A stretch of DNA of 64,000 bases. Source: Candidatus Poseidoniales archaeon. Lineage in GTDB: Archaea; Thermoplasmatota; Poseidoniia; Poseidoniales; Poseidoniaceae. Below are positions 1-9,390 of this stretch, in pieces. A model generated the notes under the pieces. It did not search any database, was not told the DNA's origin, and worked only from the letters and a program-made list of their open reading frames with translations. Positions within the stretch are counted from its first letter, which is position 1, and every line of letters begins with the position of its first letter. The DNA is taken from contig JAYOTG010000007.1 of assembly GCA_038150305.1 (NCBI GenBank), positions 4,230 to 68,229 on the forward strand, read 5' to 3'. A program made the translations under genes and the position numbers.

Positions 1-1160
1 CATGTTTCCACGGGATACATCATTTTCAGCGCCAAGGTCGCACCGGACCTCGAGCGGCCGATGATGTACAGGAAACCGAGCACCATCACGGTCACGGCGG
101 TGTTGACCGCGGACAGGATGGCGATGATCTCCAAGTCTTGACGGGTTTGTGGCCCTTCGCCGTCGCCTTCGGCCTCCTCCAACGCGATAGCGAGCAATTC
201 GTCGTCGCTCATGTCGATGAGTTTCCGCGTCTCCCAATCCATGCCAGGGCCGGTGCCGCCTTTGAGCCGGGCCGACACGTTCCGTCCACCCATCACCAAC
301 ACGGTCGCCTGGCTTGCCGTCATGCCGGGTAGCACGCCCATGCAGGCGCCGGCGACGCTGGACCAGAAACAGGGCGAAATCAGCGGCTTGGCGTCCGGGA
401 GCGTCCAATTTTCACGCTGCGGTGGCAGGTGTGACGTGGTCGTGTAGATGTCGAGCAGGTTGGCGATGCCAAACAATCCGGCCAAGCTTGGCAAGAGGAG
501 CGAAGCATCGGGCATACCCACAGGCGAGGTCGCGGGCAATTCGAAGACCGCCCAGCCGTACATGCCGGCGAGCAGGAAGAAGGCGGTGGCGGTCAGGAAG
601 CCGGCGATGCGGCTGCTCTCGCCAAGGTAGCCACGGGTCATACGCTGAATCTGGTCGGGCCAGTCGAGCCGCGTGGTTTCCGTGGCCAGCAGCAGCAGCG
701 AAATCGTCAGCAGCACGAAGGGTAGGATGGAGCGTAGGCCGTCGTAGAGCCCGAGTTCTGGACCAAAGGCGACGCGAGCCACGATGATGAGCGGCAGCGA
801 GAGCAGCATGCCGAGCTGCGAGCCTCGCGCAGACCACGCCACGCCACGGGTGGCGTGCCCGGTCAGGAGCATGCGGTGGCCGGGCAAAAGGGACAGCGCA
901 GTGTCACCGTCCGGCGCCCCGATCAAGGCCGAGGGAATGTAGTTCAGGAAGGTGTGGACCGTTCCGGTCGAGACGATGATGGCCGCCACGGCGTAGAGGG
1001 GAATGCCCAGTTCGAGCAAAGCGGGTGAGAGCGCCAGCAAAATCAGCGCCACGTTGTTCACGTGGAAACCGGGAATGAGGCCGGTGAGCGTACCGAGCAG
1101 GATGCCGATGATGAGGGCCGCAAGCGACCACGACAAGGTGCTCAGGTACAACTCGAGCAT
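1..1160 (-). CDS. TctA/DUF112-like polytopic membrane protein (COG1784-like); 3' end runs off the window
   Basis: Absent from the ORF track because the window edge truncates it. Manual minus-strand translation from ATG (complement of 1158-1160) gives MLELYLSTLSWSLAALIIGILLGTLTGLIPGFHVNNVALI... and I saw no stop down to position 1. It has many hydrophobic helices and a GACMGVLPGMTASQATVL segment resembling the TctA G-x-x-PG motif. The start lies 2 nt after the stop of the upstream gene. Confidence 0.6.
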   Translation of the reverse strand, partial: MLELYLSTLSWSLAALIIGILLGTLTGLIPGFHVNNVALILLALSPALLELGIPLYAVAAIIVSTGTVHTFLNYIPSALIGAPDGDTALSLLPGHRMLLTGHATRGVAWSARGSQLGMLLSLPLIIVARVAFGPELGLYDGLRSILPFVLLTISLLLLATETTRLDWPDQIQRMTRGYLGESSRIAGFLTATAFFLLAGMYGWAVFELPATSPVGMPDASLLLPSLAGLFGIANLLDIYTTTSHLPPQRENWTLPDAKPLISPCFWSSVAGACMGVLPGMTASQATVLVMGGRNVSARLKGGTGPGMDWETRKLIDMSDDELLAIALEEAEGDGEGPQTRQDLEIIAILSAVNTAVTVMVLGFLYIIGRSRSGATLALKMMYPVET

Positions 1161-1162
1161 GC

Positions 1163-2878
1163 TCAAGCCTCCGTGAGTTCCTGACGGTCGTCAACGCCGT
1201 CGTCGTTGCTGTCCTCGTTGTCAGGACTCGTGCCGAGCACGGTCTCAAGGCCGTCTGCAAGCCCGTCCCCATCGCGATCGCTGACGTCGGCCGCCGTGAG
1301 CGCATAGGTCATGGAGAGGCCGTTTTCCGAGGGAATTTGGGACCAACGTCCGATGAAGCGGAGCGTGGTGTTGGCGTGGAATTCGTCAAGGGCGATGCTC
1401 GAGGCCAGCGGCTCGAGGGCAATGGAACGGTCGCCTCCGGCTTCGTGCAAGCGGTAGCCGCCGCTGTCGTCCGGCGTCAGGATGCCGCTGAGGGCCACCT
1501 GCATGTCTCGGCTGTAGCTCCACTGTTGTGCGCCATCGTCCCACAGCAACTGGACGGGGTCTGGCGCGTCACCGTCAAGGGTCATCTCGTGCACCATCAG
1601 GCGTGCTCGCATGGCCGCGCCGTCCCACGCCACGCTAACGTTCGCGACGATGGCTTGGCCGGCTTCGATCCAATCCGAACGCGGTCCGGGCACGGTCGCG
1701 CTGACGGTGCGCCACCCGGGGCGGTAGGACGCAGAATCCGCAAGTGAGGTGCTTGAATCCTCCACGCCGGGAGCGATGGCGTAGCGGGCGTAAATGCGGA
1801 CCGTGAAACGTTCCCCGCTTTCGATGAGGTCGTTTGGAGCCACTTCGAGCATCCCAAGGAGGTCGGCCATCTGGGTGGGGACGATCAGGTCGAGGTCGTC
1901 CGACGTGCTGGCGTCGAGGCACCATGCTCCCTTGGAGGTGGACCAGACCAAGCGACCGGCGGCGGTCGTGGTCGTGTTGACCAAGGCCGTCGCTGCTTCT
2001 TCGTCCCCTTCTCCTGGAATGAAGCAGACCTTGACGCCGTCGTGGGTGAGGTACAGGTCGCCGTCCTCTTGGATGAGGTCACCCGAGAGGCGCACAATGG
2101 ACCCACTGCGGTAGGACCAGGAGCCGGGATCGTCCCAATCGAGGGTATCCACCGCCGGGGTGTGGCTCTCGTCCACGCGGACTTCGGGTCCGGTCACGTG
2201 GAAGGCCCACACCAGGTCCGAAGCGTCGTACTGCAGGAGGCCGTCCACCTGAATGCGCGCGCCGTTCTCAATCCAGCGGCCGGGAGCCGAGGTGATGATG
2301 AGTTTCATGTGATGTTCTGCGTTGCTGTAGGTCGGGTGGTCGTTGAGCATGGCCGACGTCCAACTGGCGTCCGGCGGCACCGCTTCACCGATGTATCCCG
2401 TCAGGCGCAGAACGCGGTCGCTGTGGTTGCTCGGGTCGGCAGCGACTTCGGCCAGCGAGGTCATCACCACCTCCGGCAGATCAGCCTGGTTCCAACTCAC
2501 GGCCCCGGAGCCGAGGGCCTGCATGTAGATCCGGCCGTCCCACTCAATCACGTCGCCCGTGGCAGTGACCTTGGTTCCGATGGGCGGCAGGTCGGTGGCG
2601 CGGTACCAGCGCAGCTCGACGACGCCGGTGTCGTCCTCGATGATAATGTCCACCCGGTTTTCGCCCGTCCCGTACGGGTCCTTCATCCACGTCGTTAGGG
2701 TGCCTTCGACACGAACGACTTCGTTGGTGTGCTCAATCAGGTTGCCGATCTCAACAACATCAGGTTCCCGCATGACGGCATAGGCGTTCATGCCAGCCAC
2801 GAGCAAAATCGCGACGCCGAACATCGCCCACAATCGCTGCCCCATCACGAGGTCGGGGGTCGGGCTGGGTTCCACCAT
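1163..2878 (-). CDS. N-terminally membrane-anchored secreted protein with one C-terminal thrombospondin-type-3-like Ca-binding repeat; function unknown
   Basis: The ORF track gives 1163..2998. I prefer the internal ATG at 2878 (MVEPSPTPDLVMGQRLWAMFGVAILLVAGMNAYAV, one TM helix) because the longer form overlaps the divergent HD gene; ATG 2845 is also possible. The C-terminus is DRDGDGLADGLETVLGTSPDNEDSNDDGVDDRQE. Composition is acidic and T/S-rich, like the other surface proteins here. Confidence 0.65.
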   Translation of the reverse strand: MVEPSPTPDLVMGQRLWAMFGVAILLVAGMNAYAVMREPDVVEIGNLIEHTNEVVRVEGTLTTWMKDPYGTGENRVDIIIEDDTGVVELRWYRATDLPPIGTKVTATGDVIEWDGRIYMQALGSGAVSWNQADLPEVVMTSLAEVAADPSNHSDRVLRLTGYIGEAVPPDASWTSAMLNDHPTYSNAEHHMKLIITSAPGRWIENGARIQVDGLLQYDASDLVWAFHVTGPEVRVDESHTPAVDTLDWDDPGSWSYRSGSIVRLSGDLIQEDGDLYLTHDGVKVCFIPGEGDEEAATALVNTTTTAAGRLVWSTSKGAWCLDASTSDDLDLIVPTQMADLLGMLEVAPNDLIESGERFTVRIYARYAIAPGVEDSSTSLADSASYRPGWRTVSATVPGPRSDWIEAGQAIVANVSVAWDGAAMRARLMVHEMTLDGDAPDPVQLLWDDGAQQWSYSRDMQVALSGILTPDDSGGYRLHEAGGDRSIALEPLASSIALDEFHANTTLRFIGRWSQIPSENGLSMTYALTAADVSDRDGDGLADGLETVLGTSPDNEDSNDDGVDDRQELTEA

Positions 2879-2945
2879 GGTCACCGCTTGAGCGGACGGC
2901 GGAAGAGCGTTCCTCCCGTCTCCATCCTTCGAAGGTGAGGGGTTG

Positions 2946-4277
2946 ATGAAGACTGGCGCGTCCCAACACACGATGACGGGGCCTCCCGACCGGGTCATCC
3001 GAGACGAAGTGCACCGGGACGTCTTGGTACCGGCGGCTCATGCGTCCATTTTGGACACCCGCGAATTCCAGCGCCTGCGCTACGTGAAGCAACTCGCGAC
3101 CTGCGAGTTCGTGTTCCCGAGCGCCACCCACAACCGCTTCGCGCACTCGCTTGGCGCCTACCACCTGGCAGGCCGCCTCCTCGGCGCACTTGAGGAAGCA
3201 CATCCTGGGCGCATTGACCCACAGGACGGAGAATTGGTGCAATTGGCGGCCTTGCTCCATGACGTGGGCCACCCACCCTTCTCGCACCTGCTCGAAACCC
3301 CGGAGGTCTTCGCCACCTTCCGCCACCACGAATCGTGGGGCAGGGAGATGCTCACTTCGGAAACGACAGAGGTTGGGGCTGCGGTCCGCAACGTCCTCGG
3401 GACCGCTCGATTCGAGCGGTTGTTGGCCCTGCTCGACGGCGCTCAGGAGCACGACGGCGTCCCCATTCCCAAGGTGCTCAAAGAAATCGTGTCCAGTCAG
3501 TTGGACGTCGATCGCATGGACTACCTCGTGCGCGATCAAGCGAACACGGGGGCCCAAATCGGCGGTTTTGACATCGACCGCGTGATGCGCGCCCTGCGCA
3601 TTGCGCCCGAGGGCGGGCTTCACGTCAAGCGATGGGGCTTGCCCGCCATCGAAGCCTACCTTGTGACGCGATACCACATGTACCTCCAGGTGTATTTCCA
3701 CAAGGTCAACATGCTCACGCAGACCTATTTGGTGCGGATGCTGTCAAGGGCGCGAAGCCTTGCTCAGGAGGGCAACTTGGCCCTTTCACCTGCGCTGACG
3801 TCGATGTTGCTGGACGAGGCACTCGATGCCTCGACCTACGCTTCGCTGCACGATGCGCACGTCCTGGTCGAATTGCCCGCGTGGGCCGATCATGCCGATT
3901 CCGCGCTTTCTGCGGACGCCACACGGCTGCTTTCTCGTCGTGATTACCACAAGTCCCTACGCATCAGGGACCTGACGGGAGAAAACGTCGAGACGGTCCA
4001 GGAAGACCTTGCAGCCCTCCTGATTGAAGCAGGGGGGAGCCCCGACCACGACCTCATCGTGGCTGCGGTGCGCAAGCGGGGATACCTGCCCTACATGCAG
4101 GGGATTTTGCTTGAAGACGGTCGCGACGTGGCCGAGCATTCACCGATCGTTCGTGCGCTCAGCGAAGCGGCCGACCGCGTGCTTGTCTTCGTCCCGGAAA
4201 GCGTTCGTGACGCGGCTGAGGCGCTGGTGCGTGAACGCGTCAAACCGGAACAGGCCTCGCTGGACCGCTTCATGTGA
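2946..4277 (+). CDS. HD-domain phosphohydrolase, dGTPase/SAMHD1-like (COG1078-type)
   Basis: Motifs FQRLRYVKQL, FAHSLGAYHLAG, LLHDVGHPPFSH and QLDVDRMDYLVRD match the HD-superfamily dNTP-triphosphohydrolase-like pattern. The start is ambiguous among TTG 2943, ATG 2946 and ATG 2973. Confidence 0.85.
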   Translation: MKTGASQHTMTGPPDRVIRDEVHRDVLVPAAHASILDTREFQRLRYVKQLATCEFVFPSATHNRFAHSLGAYHLAGRLLGALEEAHPGRIDPQDGELVQLAALLHDVGHPPFSHLLETPEVFATFRHHESWGREMLTSETTEVGAAVRNVLGTARFERLLALLDGAQEHDGVPIPKVLKEIVSSQLDVDRMDYLVRDQANTGAQIGGFDIDRVMRALRIAPEGGLHVKRWGLPAIEAYLVTRYHMYLQVYFHKVNMLTQTYLVRMLSRARSLAQEGNLALSPALTSMLLDEALDASTYASLHDAHVLVELPAWADHADSALSADATRLLSRRDYHKSLRIRDLTGENVETVQEDLAALLIEAGGSPDHDLIVAAVRKRGYLPYMQGILLEDGRDVAEHSPIVRALSEAADRVLVFVPESVRDAAEALVRERVKPEQASLDRFM

Positions 4278-4314
4278 GCGGCAACCTCATGGTTCTGAGC
4301 CATCAGGAAGGAAT

Positions 4315-4388
4315 GGACCCGTAGCTCAGACGGGTAGAGCACCCGGCTCATAACCGGGAGGTCAGGGGTTCGATGCCCTTCGGGTCCA
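4315..4388 (+). tRNA. tRNA with anticodon CAU (elongator Met, or Ile2 if C34 is agmatidinylated); no encoded CCA
   Basis: A cloverleaf folds by hand. Acceptor GGACCCG/CGGGTCC plus discriminator A. D-arm GCTC-AGACGGGTA-GAGC. Anticodon stem CCCGG/CCGGG with loop CT-CAT-AA. Variable loop AGGTC. T-arm AGGGG-TTCGATG-CCCTT. The G1:C72 pair argues against an archaeal initiator. Confidence 0.9.
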
Positions 4389-4452
4389 TTTCCTCGCAGT
4401 AAGACGACATGGTTATGAGGGTCCGGATGGACGGGGAGGTGTAGGTGTCCGC

Positions 4453-5388
4453 ATGAAGTCATTCCGTCGTGTCGCGTTCCTCGTTGGCCTGTACCTTTGC
4501 TCCGTGCTCATCGTGGCCGTCCCGGCTCAAGCACAGATCCCTGCTGCGGCCGTTTCCATGAATTGTTCTCCCGGTGAAGTTCGCGTTGAAGTGAAGCCTG
4601 GATCCTCTTACTCCGGTTACACCACCTGTACGGTGACCAACCCCACGACCTACATCGAGAAAGTGAACATTCAGGTCACCTCCGACGGCCTTGCCGTCGC
4701 CCACGCCGGTGACGTCTACGTTGGCGCCGGCCAAGACGTCGACTTCCAGGTCGTCGTTCGCGCCGACCCGTACATGGCGATGCAGAGCCGCCAGTTGTCC
4801 GTGACCGGAACGGTCACCGAAATCAACAGCGTTCCTCCTGTGAACGTGGCCAGCTCCCAAACCAACGTGATGGTCAACATCATGCAGTTCTCGCTGGTTC
4901 AGGTTGAGGCCGTCGAGCCGTTCGTCCAGCTCATGCCGAAGACCGACAAGCCATTCGAGTTCAAGGTCACCAACCTTGGCAACCAGATTGACTTCATGCG
5001 CATCGGCATCACCGATGACTCCCGTGAGAAGTTGGAGGAAGACGGCTTCACCATCAACCTCCCTGCCGTCAAGACCCAGATCGAGAACAACCCCGCCGGC
5101 CAGAAGGTCCGCGTCCTCGTCCGCACCCCCAAGGACTGGGGCTGGACCGACCAGTACTACACCATGAACTTCTACGCCGAGTCGGAATTCTCCTGCAAGA
5201 ACGGCGGTTGCGAGCGCGAGTCTCAGATGATCACCATCTACGTGCGCGGTGTGTATCTCCCAGGCTTCGAGGTCGTCCCGACCCTCTCCATGGTCGCCCT
5301 GGCTGCAGCCATGGCAGGCAGGAGCCTGATCCGGACCGAAGAAGAGGAAGGCGTCCCCGTTCTGAGGGAAGCCGCCCCGGGTCTCTGA
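4453..5388 (+). CDS. Secreted cell-surface protein with CARDB/NEW3-like beta-sandwich segments and a PGF-CTERM-like C-terminal anchor
   Basis: N-terminal signal peptide MKSFRRVAFLVGLYLCSVLIVAVPAQAQ. FEFKVTNLGNQIDFMRIG resembles CARDB-like motifs. The C-terminal PGF (nt 5260-5268) is followed by the hydrophobic stretch EVVPTLSMVALAAAMAG, then RS and an acidic tail. Confidence 0.75.
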   Translation: MKSFRRVAFLVGLYLCSVLIVAVPAQAQIPAAAVSMNCSPGEVRVEVKPGSSYSGYTTCTVTNPTTYIEKVNIQVTSDGLAVAHAGDVYVGAGQDVDFQVVVRADPYMAMQSRQLSVTGTVTEINSVPPVNVASSQTNVMVNIMQFSLVQVEAVEPFVQLMPKTDKPFEFKVTNLGNQIDFMRIGITDDSREKLEEDGFTINLPAVKTQIENNPAGQKVRVLVRTPKDWGWTDQYYTMNFYAESEFSCKNGGCERESQMITIYVRGVYLPGFEVVPTLSMVALAAAMAGRSLIRTEEEEGVPVLREAAPGL

Positions 5389-5465
5389 CGCACGTGCAGC
5401 AACCGCGTCCCCGTGACGCACGTTTGCCGTCGCCTTCATATGCCCATGAGCGTGAGGTAATGACC

Positions 5466-5470
5466 GAGGT
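5466..5470 (+). promoter_or_regulatory. Shine-Dalgarno-like GAGGT 6 nt upstream of ATG 5477
   Basis: The sequence reads ccGAGGTcatcccATG. Similar GAGG/GGAGG motifs precede other genes in the window (54878-54883, 26041-26045). Confidence 0.4.
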
Positions 5471-5476
5471 CATCCC

Positions 5477-6745
5477 ATGAGTGGACTGCTTGACAAAGCC
5501 AATACCGCCGCCCAAGCCGCCAGCGAAGAAGAGGCAGCGGCACCCGCTACTCCCGCGCCGGTGAAGGCTGAAGCGCCTGCACCGACTCCTGTTGCTGCAA
5601 AGGCCGCTGTTGCGGGATCGGACGAAGGGCTCCCTCTCCCGGCCATCCTTTCCTCGGTCGGTGGCATCGGCCTTTTTGTCGGTCTTCTCCTCAGCCTGCA
5701 AGGCGGCTTCATTCCCTTCTTCATCACCGGCGCCGTGCTCCTCGTCGCCGTTGGCGCCATCGTCTTGGCCGACCAAGTTCAGGGCAAGGACCTCAACGTC
5801 GTGAAGACCGGCGGGGCGGTCTTCCTCGCGGTGATCATCGCCATCGTCCCGTACACCGCCGGTGTTGTGGCGCCTGACGGCGAGACCCTCGTGATTTCCG
5901 AAGTCTCGCTCGACGAGGCCAACGACCGGTTGGAGTTCAAGGTCCGCGGAAGTTTCGACGCCACCACGGTCACGATTTCCACCTCGCCGGAATGCGACGG
6001 CACGGTTGGTGACACGCCTGAGGTCGTGTGGGAAGACACCCTTCAGTTGGATCGCGACTTCGTTCGCGTCCAGCCCATGCTTTCTGACTTCTACTGCGGG
6101 AACGCCTACGACGAGGTCAACAACGTCATCCGGACCTACACCGTGTTGGCCACCGACGGTGGTGAACTCTCGATGACTTTCGACCTTGATTCCAGCGAGA
6201 TGACCCGGACGCCGCTTGAGAGCGGCGTGCGCATCGCGCCGGTGTTTGACACCTCTACTGGAACCTCCCAAGAGCCCAGCAAGACCACCTTCGAGGGCAT
6301 CACCATCGAAGTCATGGCCGGATTGTTGCCCGACAGCCACCAGCACCTCGACGGCGCGGACCATTCCACCTCGGGTGACTTGCGCACCGTGCAGGGCGAT
6401 TACACCATCACGGTGAACGTCAAGAAGGGCAGCTCCACGGTCTGGACGCATCCTCTGATCACGGTGGACGGACTTGATGCCACCTGGTCCTCCAGCGTCA
6501 GCGGGGCCCGAAGCGGTGACATGAACGGATGGCTCGCGCTGAGCGGCAACACCGAGGAAAACTTCCGTGAATACGTGTCGAAGTCCGCACTCGACTATGA
6601 GAACGGGAAGTATACATTCGAGGTGGTGCTTGACGTGGGTACCAGCAGCGGTACGACGGTCATCACCCACGACGACGTGTGCTGGGACCTCGACTTTGAA
6701 GACGGAGACGAGTACAACTCCAACTGGGACGCAGCGACCTGCTGA
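5477..6745 (+). CDS. Membrane protein: Ala/Pro-rich N-terminus, about 3 TM helices, extracellular acidic domain; function unknown
   Basis: A low-complexity AAPATPAPVKAEAPAPTPVAAKA stretch is followed by LPLPAILSSVGGIGLFVGLLLSL, FIPFFITGAVLLVAVGAIVLA and GGAVFLAVIIAIVPYTAGVV. The antisense ORF 5231..6670 is Arg/Gly-rich and judged spurious. Confidence 0.7.
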   Translation: MSGLLDKANTAAQAASEEEAAAPATPAPVKAEAPAPTPVAAKAAVAGSDEGLPLPAILSSVGGIGLFVGLLLSLQGGFIPFFITGAVLLVAVGAIVLADQVQGKDLNVVKTGGAVFLAVIIAIVPYTAGVVAPDGETLVISEVSLDEANDRLEFKVRGSFDATTVTISTSPECDGTVGDTPEVVWEDTLQLDRDFVRVQPMLSDFYCGNAYDEVNNVIRTYTVLATDGGELSMTFDLDSSEMTRTPLESGVRIAPVFDTSTGTSQEPSKTTFEGITIEVMAGLLPDSHQHLDGADHSTSGDLRTVQGDYTITVNVKKGSSTVWTHPLITVDGLDATWSSSVSGARSGDMNGWLALSGNTEENFREYVSKSALDYENGKYTFEVVLDVGTSSGTTVITHDDVCWDLDFEDGDEYNSNWDAATC

Positions 6746-6751
6746 AACGGG

Positions 6752-8611
6752 TCACACGTCGTCCCACGGGGCCATATCGCTGGCCTCACCGTCTGATTCG
6801 GTTCCTTCTTCCTCGACGTCTGCCTCAGCATCGCCGCCGGAGACCGCTTCCTCAATGTCCGCTTCAGCCCCTTCATCGCTGATGGCCTCGTGGCTTTCCT
6901 CGGGTGATGCGACCTCTTCGAGGTAGGTCTTCTCACCCTCGACGTTCTCGTCCTCATCGTCCTCGTCGGTGCGCGCGGCGGCCACACGGGCGATACCCGC
7001 CACGCCGAGCAGGAACACGAACAGGGCGATGACAATCGTCACCATGGGGGTCTCTTCGACTTCTTCGGCGTAGGTCCAGGACACTTCAGCACCGGTCACG
7101 CCCGTGTCGCTGGTGACCAGGTCTTCGACCGCTTCGAGTGGCGTACCGCTGAGGTCGATGATGCCGCACGAAAGGACGTGTGCACCGTCGCTGCCCATCC
7201 GCCACGTGAGCGGGATGTCCATCTCACTGCCCGCGGCCAGACCACCATAGGTGGAGAGTTGGATGTAACTCGGCGAGGTGTCTGCTGCTTCTCCGTTCAC
7301 GGTGCACTCCAGCACCGGAGAGGCTGCATCCGCAGCGCCACTGTTGCGGACGGTCAGCATCACGCCGAGACTCTCGTTGACCGTGGCGGTGCGCTCTTGG
7401 ACCTCGATGGCCACGACCTCGATCATCGGCAGTTCGAGGTTGACCACGCTGGTGGGGGCCCATTCGGCAGGAACGGTGGTGGTGAAGGTGCCCCAACCGG
7501 TGGTGGCGGTGACGGTCATCGTGCCGTCTTCCTTGCCATAGACGCCGTCCCCGGTGAGCCACTCCACGATCCGGGTCATCTCGCTTGAACCGAGGTCGAC
7601 ACCCACCTCGTCGCCCATGGTTTCGGCAAAGGCGTTGGGCGATTTCATGCCCTTGTAGCCGAGGTCACTGCCGCTGACCAAGGCTCCGGGCATGTTGGTG
7701 GTGACCGTCCTGCCGCTCAGCCGTCGAATCCATGCGTCGGTCCAACCGCCGGTGCCGGTGCTGTCTTCGTAGACCAAGGTTGCATCGTCCACCGCGACGA
7801 CGTCCTCGTCGGTACGGCTTCCAAGGATGATCGAGCTCCGGATGCTGAGGGAGGATCCATCTTCCGCGATGATCGGGGCGCTGCCCTCCATCGTTGAACG
7901 GTCGATGTTGCAGGTGCCTGCGCAACGCAGGTCGGCACCACGCACCATCGAGTCTTCGATGAGCAGGGTGCCTTGCACGTCGATGCTGAAGGCGGCATCG
8001 CCCCATGTCAGCACGAGATCGGTTCCTTCGAGGTTCCAAGCCTCATGACGAAGCATGTTGGCCGAGGCATCGACCACTTCCACGACCTTCGGTCCGAAGG
8101 GGAAGGGATGGTTGTGGGTCACATCAAGGGTCAGGGTGTCCATGCCGTCACCGAGGTCGACCTGGAGGCTGACTTCATCCCCGCTTGGGTCGGTCACGCT
8201 CTCACCGGTTGATGCGGTGACGGTCAACGACTCGCTTCCGTTCAAAGTGGAGGACATCATCAATCGAACCGTCGCTGTCCCGCTCAGGCCAGCCACGGGG
8301 AGATCAACGGTCGAAGCACCACCGGAGAAGGCCATGTAGGCCTCGATCTCCGAACCGGTCAGGTTGGCGTGCTTGAGGTTCAGCGTCGCGCCTTCGTCCA
8401 CGCGAACCATGGCGTCCTCGCCAAGGGAAAGGTTGGCTTCCACCGTGAAGGTCGCTCCGTTGGTGACGGTGAAGCCGTCGTCGTAGGTGGTGTCCTCGGT
8501 CAGCGTTTGTGTGGTGTCGATGACGTCTGCGTCACGAGCATCGACAGCAGCAGCCAGTGGGGCGCCCAAAAGGAGGGCCAGAAGGAGAAACGCGGTCAGC
8601 GTGCGGGACAT
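6752..8611 (-). CDS. Type I membrane-anchored surface protein (signal peptide, large ectodomain, TM, highly acidic cytoplasmic tail)
   Basis: Signal peptide MSRTLTAFLLLALLLGAPLAAAVDA. C-terminal TM PMVTIVIALFVFLLGVAGIARVAAA. The roughly 75-aa D/E-rich tail ends in APWDDV. I recognised no enzymatic motif. Confidence 0.75.
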   Translation of the reverse strand: MSRTLTAFLLLALLLGAPLAAAVDARDADVIDTTQTLTEDTTYDDGFTVTNGATFTVEANLSLGEDAMVRVDEGATLNLKHANLTGSEIEAYMAFSGGASTVDLPVAGLSGTATVRLMMSSTLNGSESLTVTASTGESVTDPSGDEVSLQVDLGDGMDTLTLDVTHNHPFPFGPKVVEVVDASANMLRHEAWNLEGTDLVLTWGDAAFSIDVQGTLLIEDSMVRGADLRCAGTCNIDRSTMEGSAPIIAEDGSSLSIRSSIILGSRTDEDVVAVDDATLVYEDSTGTGGWTDAWIRRLSGRTVTTNMPGALVSGSDLGYKGMKSPNAFAETMGDEVGVDLGSSEMTRIVEWLTGDGVYGKEDGTMTVTATTGWGTFTTTVPAEWAPTSVVNLELPMIEVVAIEVQERTATVNESLGVMLTVRNSGAADAASPVLECTVNGEAADTSPSYIQLSTYGGLAAGSEMDIPLTWRMGSDGAHVLSCGIIDLSGTPLEAVEDLVTSDTGVTGAEVSWTYAEEVEETPMVTIVIALFVFLLGVAGIARVAAARTDEDDEDENVEGEKTYLEEVASPEESHEAISDEGAEADIEEAVSGGDAEADVEEEGTESDGEASDMAPWDDV

Positions 8612-8656
8612 GCTTTGCCGTGCATCGTGAGGAACATCAAGTTCCCGCCGACCCGT

Positions 8657-9310
8657 TCAGTACGGGACGTCCTTCCAACCGATGGCGTACCCGAGCATGT
8701 TGAACGACCGATGGAGGACGGGTGTGGCCACGAGCAACACGAGCATTGGGCCCAGCAGGTCCGCCTCACCGTGCAGCCCTGGCAGCAGCAGCCAACCCAA
8801 CACGAAGACCATCATGGCAAAGGGAAGCGTGTCGAGAAGTGGGGCTTTGGACGACACATCGCCTTCGCGCTTCAGGCCCCGACGCCGCTTGAAGAAGGAG
8901 CCCGTCATGTCGCCAAGGAGCGAAAAGAAGCCGAGCAAACTTCCAACGATGAAGGCCCAAAGACCTCGCGAGACGTCCATGTCGTGGTCGAGAAGTGGGT
9001 CAACGAAGATGCCACACGCCTCGCCGGCGTTCACGGCGCTCGCCATCAGCACCATGAGCAGCCCAGAGGTCAGGCTGCCGCCGACGAGTCCGTTCCAGGT
9101 CTTTCCGTCACCAAGCAGGCGGTTCCCGTCCCATGCGGAGCGCCCTCCGTCGATCGGCCACGGACCGTAGCCCGTCTTTGGCAGCCACTTGCCCCACATC
9201 ATGGCGAAGGTGTTGACCAGAAAGCCAGGGAGGAAAATCCACAGCACGAGGAGGCTCATGCCCGCCAATCCGAGGCTTTCTTCGCACGTTCCCCAAAGGG
9301 CCTCACCCAT
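8657..9310 (-). CDS. carS: CDP-archaeol synthase (CTP:2,3-di-O-geranylgeranylglyceryl-phosphate cytidylyltransferase)
   Basis: PIDGG...LLGDGKTWNGLVGG, GDMTGSFFKRRRG and a C-terminal YAIGWKDVPY match the CarS (DUF46) pattern known from the Archaeoglobus enzyme. The protein is polytopic. Confidence 0.9.
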   Translation of the reverse strand: MGEALWGTCEESLGLAGMSLLVLWIFLPGFLVNTFAMMWGKWLPKTGYGPWPIDGGRSAWDGNRLLGDGKTWNGLVGGSLTSGLLMVLMASAVNAGEACGIFVDPLLDHDMDVSRGLWAFIVGSLLGFFSLLGDMTGSFFKRRRGLKREGDVSSKAPLLDTLPFAMMVFVLGWLLLPGLHGEADLLGPMLVLLVATPVLHRSFNMLGYAIGWKDVPY

Positions 9311-9390
9311 GGCTCCACATCACGGCTTGGCCCATGAACCTGCCCGCGGCCAGCGTTGGGCTTATGGTCCGCAGGTCACGACATCACCGC

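Noticed and set aside
2946-4277. HD-domain dGTPase-like gene as a dNTP-depletion defence system
   Set aside because: It is a single conserved housekeeping-type gene in a housekeeping context (tRNA, transporter). Nothing in the sequence distinguishes it from the widespread COG1078 family.
4278-5476. tRNA-adjacent integrated mobile element or genomic island
   Set aside because: The window has no integrase, transposase or viral genes. I could not find a direct repeat of the tRNA 3' end downstream, and composition does not visibly change. A computational search for att repeats would be needed to exclude it fully.
5231-6670. 479-aa minus-strand ORF overlapping the 5477..6745 gene
   Set aside because: Its composition is Arg/Gly-rich and low-complexity. 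The plus-strand product has clean TM helices and the same acidic, T-rich composition as the other surface proteins.
8631-8645. Small inverted repeat GGAAC-ATCAA-GTTCC between carS and the downstream surface gene, considered as a terminator or regulatory hairpin
   Set aside because: It has only a 5-bp stem and no flanking T-tract, so it could easily arise by chance.
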